From Bugula neritina (taxonomy: Eukaryota; Animalia; Bryozoa): a stretch of 64,000 nucleotides of DNA. Made by a program: the position numbers and the translations under genes. Location: NCBI GenBank assembly GCA_964035545.1, contig OZ037768.1, positions 18,521,700-18,585,699 of the forward strand, written 5' to 3'. The notes below the pieces were generated by a model that was not told where the DNA came from, did no database searches, and saw only the letters and a list, made by a program, of their open reading frames with translations. Of this stretch, positions 1-12,286 are shown one piece after another. The number at the start of each line of letters is the position of its first letter. Within the stretch, counting starts at the first letter, position 1.

Positions 1-83
1 TGTGGAGAGAGCTGCGCAGTTATCTATTGTTGTTATACGATACACATACATTGTTTGTTTTTGAGCACGTTACTATATTAAAG

Positions 84-3000
84 ATGTCAGGTAAGCTGTT
101 ATTCTTACGTGTATTTGAATTAAAAGAACAATTTAGTATGAAACCAGTGACCTCTAAAAATCGCTGTTAATTTTTTTTGCAAGACTTTACTTTGTGAATT
201 TTATTTTTCATTGCCAATTTAACTTTGAAAATTAAAACTCTGTTTTCTGGTAAATGTGTGTGTTTTGCAACAAAAGCAGTGTTGATTTAGATTGTTTGAC
301 TAGCGATTCTTTCATAGTTGTATTGTTTTGTAAATTTAAGTGTCCAAGTATTTGAATGATCGGTACTGGAGTTTGAAACCCTCTACCTGGACTTCTCTCT
401 CGTATTCTACTCCTACACGGTATTTAAAACTTTTTTCATAACCTCTCCATGTTATTAAAGCATGAAAGTTTTAATCAACATAGCTATTATGGAGAATAGT
501 GTTTTGAAATGCTATTTTTGGTCTATAGCTTTATTTCATGAACTATGATATTGTATGTATATAGTTACCAGTGTATACTTGTTTCAATGATTTTCATATG
601 CCTATAATTATAATAATTAATATTTCAGTAAATGTTTTGTGTCAATTATAACTATAATATAATGTAACTGAGTGCAAATTACAAAATGTTGACCAGTTTT
701 TTCTTTATATACAAAGCAGACACCTGCTAACTATTATCATACCAAATGTACATATTATTGTAGAAATTACTCTGACTATAGATATAGTCACAGTTATACA
801 TATTCAAGAAAGCCCCAACATTATAGCCCCTCGTCTCATAACTATTGGCTACCATCTACATCTTACATTCAGAAGACTCCAGCTTTGGCAACTTCCAACT
901 ACAACACTTCATATTCTCGATGGTCAAAGCCAAGTGAAACTAGATATACGCCAAGTTCTTATCAGAAAGAAACCGCTGATAGAAATGTTTCTAAATTGAC
1001 TACGAGAATTGACGTTAAACCTACTGAAGGCGCAGGTAAGGAACGATTCCTCAAATGAAAAAATATCTCTTCATATGAATTTAAAGAAGGATTTTTTTGC
1101 ATATTGCTGAATAAAAATAATGAATAACAGTAATGTAGAATGTTGTGATCTTTCTAAGAATGGAGAAGACCGGGTTCCAGACAGCGTTTGAAAGTAGAGA
1201 CTAAAAGGAATGGTGACAAAGATCATAAACCTTCAACTTACCAGAATGATTACTCCTCCTATAATCGGAATAGTGGTAAGAATTTTTATATTTATGTTTC
1301 GTTTATCACCGTTTGTTATCTAAACACTACCAAAGTTTTTCTGTTCCATATGTTTAACTCCAATAGAACTTGTTAAAAATCCTTTTTACATAAATATTAT
1401 TAAAAATACTTTAGACAAAAGAGTTACAAAGCCTGAGCCCAGCAAAGCTGCAATAACAGGAATCAATACGTGTGTCCCTGAAAACAGCAAAGCCCATCAT
1501 ACTGACAGGTGTGTATTCTGTGTGTGAATGTTATTGCATTCCTTGGAGTTCTAGAATTAGAAATGTATTTCTTTATTTATGGCATACAACAATTACGTTT
1601 ATGAAGCAAGTCTGTACCTACTCTGCTGTTGCACTTTTACATTCTGGCAACTTGTCACTTTCTCAATTACTCTGTTTAGCTATGAAATGTGCCAAGAAGG
1701 GCATATAGATGATTTGACCAACAAACGGTCTGCTGCCAAACTGGTGTTGCGTAGAGGTCAGGAGTTCAAAGTAAAGGTGCTTCTGGATTCTCCATATAAG
1801 AATGTGGGACAATTTCGAGTCACTTCCTCTATAGGCAAGTCAAACGCTTGTTCAGAGCTTTATTTCACAGATTCAAGCTAAGTGGAGAGAATAAAAACTG
1901 TATTACATTTCTTTTGCAAATATTTATTATCTTTACAACTAATTGGTTTGTTAGTACAAGTTTATACAATGTTGTGCAAATGTTAGGTGAGGCACCTCTT
2001 CGTAGCAAGGGAACACTTAACGAGATGCTAACCGCTGGAGCTGCAGATGATGGTGGTTGGTGGGCAAAGATTCTGTCAGTTCATCAGAATGAGGTATATT
2101 ATATTATAGCCTCTTCAATGAGCACTAATTGCTCTAGCAAACTCTACATCTATTGTGTTCTACACAGAACCATGCATCTTAAAATAATGAGGCAGGTGCA
2201 GTAAAGGAGAAATTGAAAAAAACCTCTGTCCTAGATTAGAAATATAATAAAAGAAGTTATGTTTTTGCAAAAAGTTCAACCCGCGCTCCAAGCCAAAATC
2301 TATAAAGGAATTTAAAGAACTCCAGCTATCTCACTTTCTCCACTACTGCACCTAAATGAAAATAATGAGGTCTTACTTAAAAATTGTTTACTTCAAGGGC
2401 AGATCATTGGCAAATTGAAGTAGTTGGTGATTACTGACAGCAATGAAATGACCAACCATAGAGTGAAAGTGATGTGTAGTCAAGATTCCTCCAAGTGCTT
2501 AACTATTATATTGGCAGGAGTAACAATACTTTATGTTTTATATTTTTCAGGTCGACCTGTCCATCTTTATTCCTACAAAGTGTGCCGTGGGTGAATGGAA
2601 GTTTTTAGTTGATATGGTGCCAAAGAGCGAAGACGGTAAAGCTGTGGGGCCAGCTATGTGTAATGCTATGAAGTTTCGTGCTTATATTCTCTTTAATGCT
2701 TGGTGCAAAGGTACAGTTGTATTGTTATTGCTTGTGTTAGTTTTCGTAAATTGTTTTGTGATTATTTAAGAAGAATTTTATTTATTCTAATGAGTTATTA
2801 TTGATTTCCAATTGATTCATTGGAAACATCGATAAATTTCCAGTATTAAATTTTAGAGGTTCTTAAATTATGAAAAGCAATAAACTTTAAGTAATAAGAT
2901 GTGAGTGTAGGAATATGCATCCCACACTGCTCGTTATTATTATTTAAACTGCTGTTGAGAATTTATTATATCGTGGTTGCTTTTATTTCATCATATTTTC

Positions 3001-6000
3001 AAAGGCCTTATGCCACCTAGCATAACATTATGTGCACCAGAAACATAAATTCTATAATGCAGCAGGACAGGACTGTATGATTGATGTATTAAGTAAATTA
3101 TTTAATCTCACATGCCACCACAATGAAAACTTTATTATCAATTTCGGTTTTCCTACAATAAGTTATTAAATCAGTGCATCTCAAGCGCCCTAATGATACA
3201 ATAACCTTTAATTATATAGTATGAAATTATATTAACAGGTGATGCTGTGTACATGGAGAATGCCAGGTGGAGAGATGAGTATGTATTAAATGATACGGGT
3301 AAACTGTATACCGGAAATTACAAACAGGTTTGTAGTATAGTTTACTTGTAATGTCATTTAATGCTTAATTTTTTTTTTAATTTAATGCTAAGTTTTTAAG
3401 CATAAATCTGAATCATTTTTATACTGAGTTTACGGCTGCACACTAGTTGAGTCTAACATATGTTATTATTTGCACATTACAGATATTTGGCATGCCATGG
3501 AACTTTGGGCAGTTCGAGAGTGTTTCGCTGCAGGCAACGGTATATGTGCTCGACAAGTTGGCTAAGATCCCGATGACTTATCGAGGAAATCCTATTGCAA
3601 TCACGAGGATGCTGTCAGCTCTGGTATGAGTACGCTTAGTATACATTTGATCGATAGGGCACGTGCTGTGATCAATAAACATGACTCATTGGACACTTGG
3701 CTCATGCAGTGCTGATGAGTATATTGTTTACGTGAATATATTATACCAAAGGCGCTGCACGTCTTATGAAATCATCACTGTTTACATTTACACGCGATTA
3801 CTTTTTCTTTTTTTGCAGCAATTTTTGATCGAAACTATCAAAGATGTTTTCAAGACTGCATTTTTTGCTGATTGCTTATTAAAATACAACAGTGTAGATA
3901 CAAACTAGTTTGGGTAAACCAACCTATTATATTCATTTATAATGAATCTATGCTCTACCCACACAATATTCATCTTTGCTATATATGCAACCTTATTATA
4001 GGTAACAATAGATTGATTGACTTTCAGGTAAACAGTTTGGATGATAATGGGATCCTAACTGGGAGGTGGGACGGTGAGTATTCAGATGGAGTAAGTCCAA
4101 CCAAATGGACTGGAAGTGTTGCTATCTTACAGAAATACATGGAGACCAAGCAACCTGTGAGCATATAACTAATGAGCTTTAAGCCATCTACTTATTTGAT
4201 AATAAGATATGCAAAACTTATAGGGACAAGTTCCTTAGAATTATTATTATTATAGTATATATTATATATATTATATAATTATTATATTATTGTATTATAT
4301 AATATCATCTTCTATTGCCAATTGAGCCATACTAATTATATATGACATCAAGGGTAGATAGGACTGTCCTCTCTACCCTTAAATACATGTACCTATTACT
4401 CACCTTTCAGAATGTGTTAAACTAGGTACAGTTAACTTATATTTATTGCTGCTTACCAGTTGTAGATTGAAGTTGTATAAGAAATTGGAATGCTGTAATT
4501 AATTGATTTAATAAATTTGTAAATAGTATAGAATTGTAGAACAGCTTAAATTGTCAAGTTTTTGTTATTAAATTCCAGAACTGTTTTTACCTTAAATTTT
4601 CATATTTTAATATGCATTATATGTGTATTTACACATCTCTGGAGGGTTTTTTTTGTAAGAATTCTATGATGACCCAAAATGTTATAAAGCTCTTAATAAT
4701 ACTTGAGAAGATACTTAAATAATTACATACTATGTATGTATAGCACAGTATATATATATAATTACGTATCATGTATAACATGTATAATCGTATATAACAT
4801 TGTATATCTATAATTACATACTACGTATTACATGTATAATTACATACCGCACATAACACAGTATATGTATATCTACACACTATGTACACCACACATTGCA
4901 GGTAGATTATGGCCAATGCTGGGTATTCTCTGGTGTAATGACTACAGTCTGCAGAGCTCTGGGTATTCCTACAAGATCTGTTACTAACTTTGCCTCGGCA
5001 CACGACACAGATGGCAGTCTGACTATTGATACGCATTGGGATGAAAATGGAGAACATATGCCTGGTGAATATTATATCATGCTTATTTCAATACTAAAAA
5101 TACTATCTAATATTTTATTTTATCTATTCACCCTGCTGATTTCCATGCTTTACGCTTGTTGTTTTATACAGAACTGGATACAGATTCTGTGTGGAACTTC
5201 CATGTGTGGAATGAGTGCTGGATGACAAGACCTGACCTACAGGAAGGATATGGAGGATGGCAAGCAGTTGATGCCACGCCTCAAGAAACTAGTGAAGGTA
5301 ACAACATTGTGTAAATCTGAAATATTACAAAACGTTGAAATTCACAGTTTTGGTTTTGAAAAGTATGTGATGAATAATTTATTTTTACACGATATTTCAA
5401 TGACATAATTCTTTGACTTGTATTCTAAGTTCTTATTGGATGAAATGTTGATATTGTTTTAAAGTCGGGCATGTCACAATATAATAAACAATGAATTAAA
5501 GAACAAAAATAACGCTTTAAATATAGATATATAGTGGCTATTGGTATACTTTGCCATTTAGAAGTTTGTGTGCTAAAAATCGTCAACTATACACACATAT
5601 GCTATTTCAGTGTGTATACTCTTTTATATCAAATTAGATGTTTTTAATAGTTTTAATAGCAGCAAACTGAGCATGCAAATATAACATGTATACTGTATCT
5701 ATAACGTAAAATTTGAAACTTGAGCAATAGAGAGCTAAAAATGCAGCTATAATAACATAAGACTTCTTGCTGCAAACTGTAGGGATTTACTGCTCTGGTC
5801 CAGCCTCAGTTAATGCTATCAAGAGTGGGGATGTTGGCATTCTTTATGACACGCCCTTTATCTTTGCTGAAGTCAACGCTGATAGAGTCAACTGGTTCCA
5901 ACAGAAACATGGCCCAGTTAGAAAAACATTTGAAAGAGATGTGTAAGTAGTTGTTGTTTACCTTCGATAGAGTTGTGAGCAGAAAAAGCTTTCTTTCTAA

Positions 6001-9000
6001 ATCCAAATGTTTTGAATTGGTAAAAACTTAAACTAATGTTTATAATGAAAATAAATGTGCAAAAATTTACATTTTATTATATTATATATTTATTTTATAT
6101 ATTATATTTTACATTTTAAAAATACTCAAGCTAGCTAAACTTTGATCAAATTATTCATTTTTAGCTAACTTGCAAACACTTGTACTGAAAATAATGTTCT
6201 GTCTAAGTAACAAACTGTGAATTAAATGCATTTTTTAGTATTTGCTAATATAATTAATTTAATAGGGTTGGAAGAAACATCAGTACTAAGGCTGTTGGAG
6301 TGAGTAGAGACTTTTCAGCTAGGGGAAGCAATGTAGACCGTGAAGATATCACACACGCCTACAAATACGATGAGGGCTCTACTATGGAAAGGGCTGCAGT
6401 ATGGAGAGCTTCCCATTTCTCTACTAAACCTGACGTTTACACAGAAGAAGATTCTGTTGAGGTAGTTTCTTCATCTATTTTCTATTAGCCATAATTAGCA
6501 GTAATAAAATCAGTATATATACGTCTGCCTCAAAGATGGTAATGCTGTACCATATAGACTGTATGCTTATTATTGAATAATTGCCTGTATTTCGGTCAAT
6601 TTACATGTAAGTCTAACATGTTAAATGGCAAACCTCTTTGATTTATCTTTATTTGTTTGGATAGACTTTAATAAACAATAAGCAATCAGATGGCACTAAT
6701 GATACATATATTCATATGTGATACAACTACCAACTCAAATAATAGCTCAAGCCTCTTGCATATGTTACTAAACAGCGCTATATTTAAACTAAATTTTTGC
6801 ATCATACATTTGTTTGTATTATTTCAATGCTTTAAAGTCAATTGAGCACTTTTAGCTTATTTAAATATTGCAGGACGTGTTATTCTCAATCAAAGATTTC
6901 GAAGAAGTCTATTTCGGCTCGAGTTTTGAAATTCCCATCGAAATAAGAAACACCTCAGATGAGTGCCGGACTATCAGCCTTACAGTCACTCTGCTCTCTG
7001 TCTACTACACAGGTGTAAGAAAGTCTAAACTTCTGCATAAAGTGTTCAATCAGCAACTCTCTCCTCGCTGCAGTAAGTATACTCCAGTCTATTAATTCTA
7101 TGAACTAACGAGGTAGGAGCAGTAATTGAGAAAAGCCTGCGTTCTAGTTAAAAAAGGTAGCAAAAGAAGTTATGTTTTTGCGACAATTTCAAAGTACAAT
7201 GCTATGCTTCTACTGCATATGTAATACATTTATAGTTTCTGTCGTCACTTAATATGTTTGTTTGCATAACAGAGAAGGTGGTGACAATGAAGGTGGAAGT
7301 AGACGACTACTTAGCTGACATGAAAGATCATAACTATGCTATGAAAATCAACTACCTCGGGTCTGTCAGAGAAACTAAGCAGATATTTGCCTCTCAGGAT
7401 GACTTTAGACTAAGAACTTTAGTTCCTGATGTTATCCCAGTAAGCAGCATTCAATATTGTGACTTTTTACACACTGTTTTTGCCTAGCTTATTGCGGTAA
7501 TAGAGAGGGAGCAGCCGTGGTCTAGGGGTTAGAGCGTTTGCCTAATAAACACGAGGTCATGGGTTCGAGCCCGGACAAAGGCCATTGGTGATGTTAGGAA
7601 GAGCATTCAGTCATAATTGCTCCTGTGCCTCATTTAAATAAGTCCTTAGCCCACTTTAACAAAAACCCTTTCCACCAGGGGTTTCTCACAGGGATAGTGA
7701 CTATAAACTTGCATGAGTTTTTTTTTATTGTAGTAATAGAGAGATCAGTTTGCATAACCTTTAATAGTCACAATATTTAATTTTAGCATTTGATACATAA
7801 GTTTGTGTTTGCACCTGCACTAGACTATAACATATCAGTCCTTGGTTTTATCCCTGTAAATATTATATGGGATAGAGTTATGTAAATTACTCAATTCAAT
7901 ATTTATTAAAATTTAATTGGGTAACTAAATGTTTTGTAAAAAACTATTAATTACAAAGTTATATAGCTTTGGCTCTGTGGGTAGTCTTCTTTCTGTCTAA
8001 TCCACTGCTGCCTCATTAGTTATCACACATGCAACTGTCTAGTCGTAATGTTTAGCACTTTAACTTCTTTATAATTGTGAATTCAAGGCCACTGTTCTTG
8101 TTTTATTTTTCACATGTGAAAAATGTGAGTTAAGAATCAGTCTTGATGTAGATTTAGAAAACATTAACTGCTGTACTTTGATAGAAATTACTTGTATGAC
8201 ATAAACTTGTATAACCTTTTATGTACACAAGGCTACTTTTACAGAAACAACTTATTTTGAATGTTGCCAATTATTATGCTCAGTATATTGTATAAACTGC
8301 TCGTTCAATTAGTATGTCCCTTTTCTATTCTATTCCATTTTATTCTACTTTACTTTATTCTATCCTATTCTATTCTATTTAATTCTAATCTATTCTACTA
8401 TATTCTATCCTGTTCTATTTTATTCTACTCTATTCTATTCTTTTTTACACCATTCTATTTTATTGTAATGCTCACATGTAATGTACAGGTTTAGGAAAAT
8501 ATAAAGTGCTCTTTTATATTTTAGTCAAAGACCAGAGTCTCAGTAGGAGAAGTGTTTTCAGTGAAAATGAGTTTTGCGAACCCCCTGAGCACGCCCCTCA
8601 CCGACTGCGTGTTCAGTTTTGAAGCTGCTGGCAATTTAAAGCCAGTCGATCTAAAAAGAAGGTATTATTTGATGTAATGTAATCTCTGTATGCTATGCCT
8701 CAGTGTTGATAGAACAAACTTCTCAATGCCTTTAAAGACTAACACTTGACAAATACGTTTGTTTCATTCAAGCATTATTATTACGATAATTTACTTCTTA
8801 AGGCAAATGTAAAAAAATTTCTTCTTTTCTATAATCATTGTTTTATGAAAAAATTTGTTTTAAGAAAAATTGGAGTATATATATGGAAATATTTAATGCC
8901 TAGTTTAAACATATACGATACTGCTAAGTTGCTATAATAAAGTTTATATTGACACTTGTAATTTGTAATGGGCTCTATAAATAGAACTCATTATATATTT

Positions 9001-9220
9001 ATAATTCTTCAAGTTATAATCTTATAGCCACTTGAAAATTGTGTTGTTAAATTTTCCATTTTTGCATTTTAGAAGGGTGGGTGTTGGTTGCATGGCGGAG
9101 ATAGAAGTAGAGGTAACAGCCAGGAGGGCTGGGGATTGTGTTGTCATTTCATCATTTGAGTGTAAAGAGATGGGAGATATTCAAGGTCAATGTACTGTCA
9201 CTGTACAGCCTTGTCGCTAA
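84..9220 (+). CDS. Protein-glutamine gamma-glutamyltransferase (transglutaminase), copy 1; 19 coding exons, 881 aa
   Basis: Exons 84-90, 341-419, 764-1035, 1159-1275, 1415-1508, 1680-1834, 1987-2093, 2551-2710, 3239-3327, 3483-3623, 4028-4156, 4902-5064, 5172-5297, 5783-5942, 6266-6461, 6874-7072, 7273-7439, 8525-8661, 9073-9220 join with consistent phases (2646 nt). Motifs: [26 protein letters not shown], catalytic Cys YGQCWVF, His WNFHVWNE, Asp [19 protein letters not shown]-terminal beta-barrels (F.NPL). The first four exons are less certain because they lack recognisable homology. Confidence 0.95.
2181..2370. mobile_element. Short interspersed element (~170 bp) with sub-terminal inverted repeats, copy 1 of 3
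   Basis: AGGTGCAGTA...TACTGCACCT inverted ends, flanked by direct AAAATAATGAGG (2181-2192 and 2359-2370). Homologous to 39914-40095 and to partial 7110-7195 (shared AGAAGTTATGTTTTT core). Confidence 0.75.
7110..7195. mobile_element. Partial copy of the 2181-2370 repeat family
   Basis: GAGGTAGGAGCAGTAA..TTGAGAAAAGCCTG..TTCTAG..AAGAAGTTATGTTTTTG matches the 5' half of the other copies. Confidence 0.65.
7508..7726 (+). mobile_element. tRNA-derived SINE, full length, with target-site duplication
   Basis: A-box TGGTCTAGGGG, B-box GGTTCGAGCCC, non-tRNA body and T-run tail. 17-bp TSD ATTG(CG/TA)GTAATAGAGAG at 7491-7507 and 7727-7743. Other copies at 25301, 31440 and 45296. Confidence 0.9.
8320..8465. 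repeat. (TATTC)n-type pentamer simple repeat
   Basis: Degenerate TATTC/TTTTA tandem run in a TGase1 intron; explains ORF 8261-8494. Confidence 0.85.
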
Positions 9221-12200
9221 ACGTCTAGCCTCTCATCTCTTTCACCATTAAACATTATCCTGCATCAAATGCTGCTGCTACATTGTTTGGACTTCTAATG
9301 GATATTTCTGTTATAATTTCTATCCAACATCTAATTATTCGTATATTATTTTTATTTTTCAAGTAATGGTCCTTTATTATTTCATAAATAATATTTCTTA
9401 TACCAGCTATAATAGAAATGGTCATTTGATTTATCACGCTGTAGTAGTAGTACTAAATAAATTATTTCTATCAGAATTAATAAAGTAACTATATGGTATG
9501 TTACCATTGATGATCAACTCAGTTTTACCTGAAATGTGAATGATTGAATCAATTATCAAATACTCTGTATTCTTTCATTTTTGTTAAAACACCATTTATT
9601 GCATTATGTACTCCTGGTTTACTATGTCTATGTATTTGAACATGTTTTAAATTGTTGCAATATGATTTAGAATTTGTTTTATTAAAGGTTTTTGTTAAAT
9701 TATTTTTATTATTGCTATTTAGTCATACTGTCTATAAGGTAAGAGGTTAATTTATTACAAAGGCAATCATCAAGTTATGTTAATTTGTAGAATTTACGAG
9801 TTACACATTGGAAACTATACTATTTATTTGTTGCATTTTACACATGAACTATATTTATTTAAATATAATTGGTGAAAGTCTATCAACATACCCATGACCA
9901 AATTTGTTAACTTTTTTATTTTGGAATAAAATGCTCTGTTAAATTTTAATATGCTCAAAGCTATCATTTAGAGTCACAAATTTTAAATTTAGAAAGTTTT
10001 AACAGTTTAAGTCTCAAATATTATATTTTTCTATTGACCTGAAATTATTGAAGTAACCAGGGACTGGTTTTTATCATATACACAAACCTGCAGGTATAGA
10101 CATGCAAACCAAGTGCACAGATAAGCTCTACCTGCATGCTGTATGTGTGATTGTAGTACAATACTGACCTCTGCAGTATATGTGGCTCTCTATTATATAA
10201 TTATATATCATAGGTGTCCTGGCTCAGAGCAAGGCAGTCTTGAAGCCTCTGCAGCTTACATAAATTATTGTCCTATAACTTTCCTCATATATGTGTGTAA
10301 TCAAATACATAACCCCAGCTTTTGTTGCTTTCTCAATTCTCAAAGCTGCACATCTGTAGATTTTACTAATGAATTTATAGAAGCAGAGTATAGATTTGGT
10401 GCTTAGAAAAGGGAGAATGCAAATATTGATGTTCCATCAAGTGTTCACAAAAGTATTTTAAGTCATGCAATGCCTTAATTAATGACTATAAAATAAACTA
10501 AACTTTACCTGAAGTATAGGAAATATGCCAACCTAATGTTTTGGAATCACGACAACACATATATACACCAATATATTATGTTTTGTGATGTGCTGACGGC
10601 TTTTAAAGCATTATGTCATTCATTAAAGTCAGTTACTGTGATTTCAAAGTCACATACAGTTGGGTTAGTTAAGCAAGATTTTACAATGATTAAAGACTGT
10701 TAAATTGTTAGAAAATAAAATTCAAAAAAATTAACAAATGCAGTTGTAATCGCTAAAATGAATTTAGCAATTAAGTATGTTTTTATGAAGCCTAGGTTTT
10801 AGCAAATGCATATATAATAGCAGAATGTCGGTCAAAAAGAACATCATGTAAGCAAGAGAAAAAGCATTTTTGCTCATCAATATGTGTAAGAAGGATGCTT
10901 TATGCAAACTAATTAATGTGTAATTATGCAGTAACTACTGTAATTAAATAATTAATTGCTGTAACTACTTACTAATTGCTGTAACTACTGAGCAGTATAA
11001 AAATAAAGCATGATATTTCCTGTAACCTTTTTTCAATCCTACATATGTGCAAGTTGCATGTCAGGTTTTCTTAACTTTTCTTAAAACTTTATTAAGTCTC
11101 ACACAAGCTTCAGCATTAAGCTCCAGCTTGAATTATTTTGTAAAATTTATAAAAAATATGAATTGCTTAAAACTTTTAAACATGCAACTTCTTATTACTC
11201 AGCGTGTTCATTCTTTGGGCAGAAGTTACACTTGAATGTTGTAAAACAAGAGCTGTTAATATAAATGTCCCTTTTTGTTACAGGCCCAGTTTCTGTTTCA
11301 TTTTATGTCAAAATATTGGATTATTTTTGCTTTCATTAAATCTGATATCACACCCTGCTTTTTTGTCAACTTAATTCAGCTGTTTTCTCTTTCTTTCAAG
11401 AATTTTTACAGTTTTGGTAGAGACTTGCCTGTTAATATTTTAGTAATTTGACCACTATAATAGGAACAAAACTCTTTGCACAATATTGGACTATCAACAC
11501 GCAATTTTTGGAAACAAAATAATGAGATTTTCATGGCTATCTTGATTAGTATTCATTGTATAGTTGCTAAAAATATCTTGCAGTCAGCTTATAATTCTAT
11601 TACATTCCTTTTTACCAAACATAATTGAAATGTTGTACATTGATCGATTTAAATTACTGAATTTGCTAAAAAGTTCCGACATATATAATATATAAAGCTC
11701 TAAATATATTGTATTGCATTGTATAAAACTATAGAAGCTGCAAAACTCAGCGCAATATACATGTTATGATGCATGTTATTGTTTTTCTGCTAAATTAGTT
11801 TGACGTCTGGCAAAAAACAAAATCCTACGGTGTTATTATATTCACAGGAATGACTAAGCCAATTATGCTTGCTTAAAACTCTTAACAATATCTTAATTGT
11901 TTCTTGCATTTTGTGTTTTTGTGTAAAAGAAAGTAGTATATTGATTCAACTATTATAATCAAAATAGTTCCAAGTACAAATATGATTTTGGCTATACAAG
12001 ACTTTGCGTATGTAGACTGGCAATATTCATAGCTTTTAGAAACAGCTCATGAACAGGATGTAAGCAGAAGGACAGAATCTCTAATACTTATAAGTCACAG
12101 CTAAACTATCCTACAGGAATTTAATCGACTGACTTGTTTATCAAAGTTTACTTCATTCTTATCTACATTTTGTCATGTAGAGAAATACCCTTATACCTGA

Positions 12201-12286
12201 AACACTTGGAGCTAGATAAACTCACACAGCTGTAACAATATCCACACTTTGCCTCCTATATAGCGTGTGATTGGATAACTGTTACC

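Noticed and set aside
7508-7580. tRNA gene
   Set aside because: A/B boxes are present, but the sequence continues into a shared SINE body with TSD and other copies, so it is treated as a SINE.
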